A stretch of 59,148 bases of DNA from an uncultured Clostridia bacterium. Lineage in GTDB: Bacteria; Bacillota; Clostridia; TANB77; CAG-508. Made by a program: the position numbers and the translations under genes. The notes beneath the pieces are model-generated. The model did no database searches. It was given only the letters and a program-made list of their open reading frames with translations, and was not told where the DNA came from. Numbering within the stretch: position 1 is the first letter of the stretch; each line of letters opens with the position of its first letter. Of this stretch, positions 57,800 to 59,148 are shown in pieces. The stretch is from assembly GCA_947623725.1 (NCBI GenBank), contig CANQHI010000005.1, forward strand, positions 1 to 59,148, in the 5' to 3' direction.

Positions 57800-58792
57800 T
57801 TAATCTTTGATTGCAGATTTTGGAATCGAAATTACAGGTCGTACACCTTCCTTATTATGGTCAAACGTAGCATTATCGAAAGTCCCTATTATACAACGTA
57901 TTGTACACACATATTTATAATTATTATCATTATTATTATCATTACCTCCACGTGCTGCCAACCAATAACCCCACACATCGTTCGTATCACCTAGAAAAAA
58001 AACCTTGTTACCCAAAATAGCTTCATTTCTTACATATACGCTAAATTCTTCACTTTCCTCACCTATTTTATACTTAACCTGCTGAGAATCGTCTTTTATT
58101 ATTGTTAACTTATCTTCTACATTACTTCCATATCTTTCATTATACGCACTTTCTAGCTGTTCTGCAGTTGGACCTCCTGCTGCTGTTACTTCTACCTCTA
58201 TCCCTTTTTCCTTTAATGCCTTTTTAACTCCATTTGCAATGCTTGTCCAATTACTCGCTCCAGTCAAATAATTTATTAATTGCTCTCTATTACCACTTAT
58301 AACATTCCCATACACTACAATTCCACTATGCATTATACCTTTTACATATGGTATTGCATTTTCTTCTAAATAGTCTGAATATATAAAATATACTTTCCCT
58401 TCACTTTCATCTGTATAATAATATTGCCAACCATGTTCAAGAACTTTACCGTTTACTATAACATCACCTAAGTTTACCGTTTGACTATCGTCTGGTTTGT
58501 TGTCTACGTTTTTTGGTATTTCTATTTTTTCTTCTGATGGTGGTACCGGTGGCTCTGGTGTTTTATCTCCATCTACTATTTTGTCTATCTCTTTTTCTAC
58601 TTCTCCTAATTTTTCTGCCTCATCTGATTCTGATTCCTTATAATTTTCTCCTGCATATTTTGCCCTTTGAAATAGTCCATTTTGTCCTAGTGCTGTTGTT
58701 AATGTTACTCCTGCTAATATTAATAGTATTATTATTGTTATTACTAATGCTATTAATGTTATTCCTTTTTCTTTATAATTTTCTTTTCCCAT
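57800..58792 (-). CDS. Pilin-like-anchored protein, paralog 4
   Basis: MGKENYKEKGITLIALVITIIILLILAGVTLTTALGQNGLFQRAK... with C-terminal YWLAARG...EGVRPVISIP. ATG follows AAGGGGGAAAATCAAAAG. Confidence 0.75.
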   Translation of the reverse strand: MGKENYKEKGITLIALVITIIILLILAGVTLTTALGQNGLFQRAKYAGENYKESESDEAEKLGEVEKEIDKIVDGDKTPEPPVPPSEEKIEIPKNVDNKPDDSQTVNLGDVIVNGKVLEHGWQYYYTDESEGKVYFIYSDYLEENAIPYVKGIMHSGIVVYGNVISGNREQLINYLTGASNWTSIANGVKKALKEKGIEVEVTAAGGPTAEQLESAYNERYGSNVEDKLTIIKDDSQQVKYKIGEESEEFSVYVRNEAILGNKVFFLGDTNDVWGYWLAARGGNDNNNDNNYKYVCTIRCIIGTFDNATFDHNKEGVRPVISIPKSAIKD

Positions 58793-58849
58793 CTTTTGAT
58801 TTTCCCCCTTATTATTACTTACTTTTTTCTTATATTTATTAATAAATTA

Positions 58850-58878
58850 ATTTTATTATTTATAAAGTATTAAGTCAA
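58850..58878 (-). promoter_or_regulatory. Promoter-like element between switch L4 and gene 4
   Basis: The minus strand has TTGACT, a 17-nt spacer and TAAAAT. It is homologous to 36318-36346. Confidence 0.45.
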
Positions 58879-58904
58879 TGCCAAGCAATATTTTACTTCT
58901 GTTT

Positions 58905-59101
58905 ATTTTATTAAGTAGAAAGATTAATAAAAAAGTATAAAATCTTGCAATTCATTTATTCCAATGATTATGCAAAATTTTATACTTTACTTTTTTACGA
59001 TTTTGTAATAATTTTTATCTTTATTTTTTTCTTATAATTGACTATATTATGCTATATTTTATATATATAATTTTTTTATTAATCTTTCTAATTAATAATA
59101 T
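58905..59101. promoter_or_regulatory. Putative invertible segment (switch L4)
   Basis: Site 58905-58933 is ATTTTATTAA/GTAGAAAGA/TTAATAAAAA. Site 59073-59101 is TTTTTATTAA/TCTTTCTAA/TTAATAATAT. 25 of 26 positions are inverted-repeat matches. Promoter-like TTGACT-18-TATATA lies at 59038-59067 (+). Confidence 0.5.
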
Positions 59102-59148
59102 TTTTTACTCTATACATTTCTTTATTAAATCTATCATCACTTTATATT

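Overview
This is a 59-kb, strongly AT-rich chromosomal segment (by eye about one-quarter G+C, not computed) from an endospore-forming Firmicute. The gene content is Clostridia-type: spo0A, spoVAC/AD/AE, an alpha/beta SASP, yunB, a SipL-like DUF3794+LysM protein, minD-minE-rodA, ctsR-mcsA-mcsB-clpC, infC-rpmI-rplT, rplM-rpsI, leuS, truB, rpsT and hpf. I call about 55 protein genes, mostly on the minus strand. I saw no rRNA, tRNA or CRISPR array.

The main finding is a four-member family of genes encoding proteins with a near-identical prepilin-like N-terminal segment and different C-terminal domains (7353-8792, 9066-10320, 34910-36202, 57800-58792). Each gene is preceded by the same unusual DNA element. 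The element is a 139-163 bp segment bracketed by two inverted 29-bp sites, each built as a 10-nt arm, a 9-nt asymmetric core and a 10-nt arm (TTTTTATTAA-N9-TTAATAAAAA). The arms are shared by all four loci. The cores differ between loci but are reverse-complementary within each locus. This looks like four independent site-specific inversion switches (invertons). Each carries a conserved promoter-like element that faces away from the gene in this assembly, plus a hairpin with T-runs on both strands. No recombinase gene is present in the window.

Secondary observations:
- Four reading-frame anomalies in the first 10 kb all sit on a CCG triplet, including a rodA-dus fused ORF.
- MinE and S20 carry long low-complexity tails.
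- A GC-rich element flanked by 23-bp inverted repeats sits inside the clpC operon, with a partial second copy at 53.3 kb.
- A small plasmid-like accessory island lies at 20.4-25.2 kb, with a replication-relaxation protein, a DUF4143 ATPase, an MNT gene with a truncated HEPN partner, and 23-bp-spaced direct repeats.
- A sortase-like protein lacks the catalytic Cys.

All calls come from reading the sequence and the ORF translations; no searches were run.
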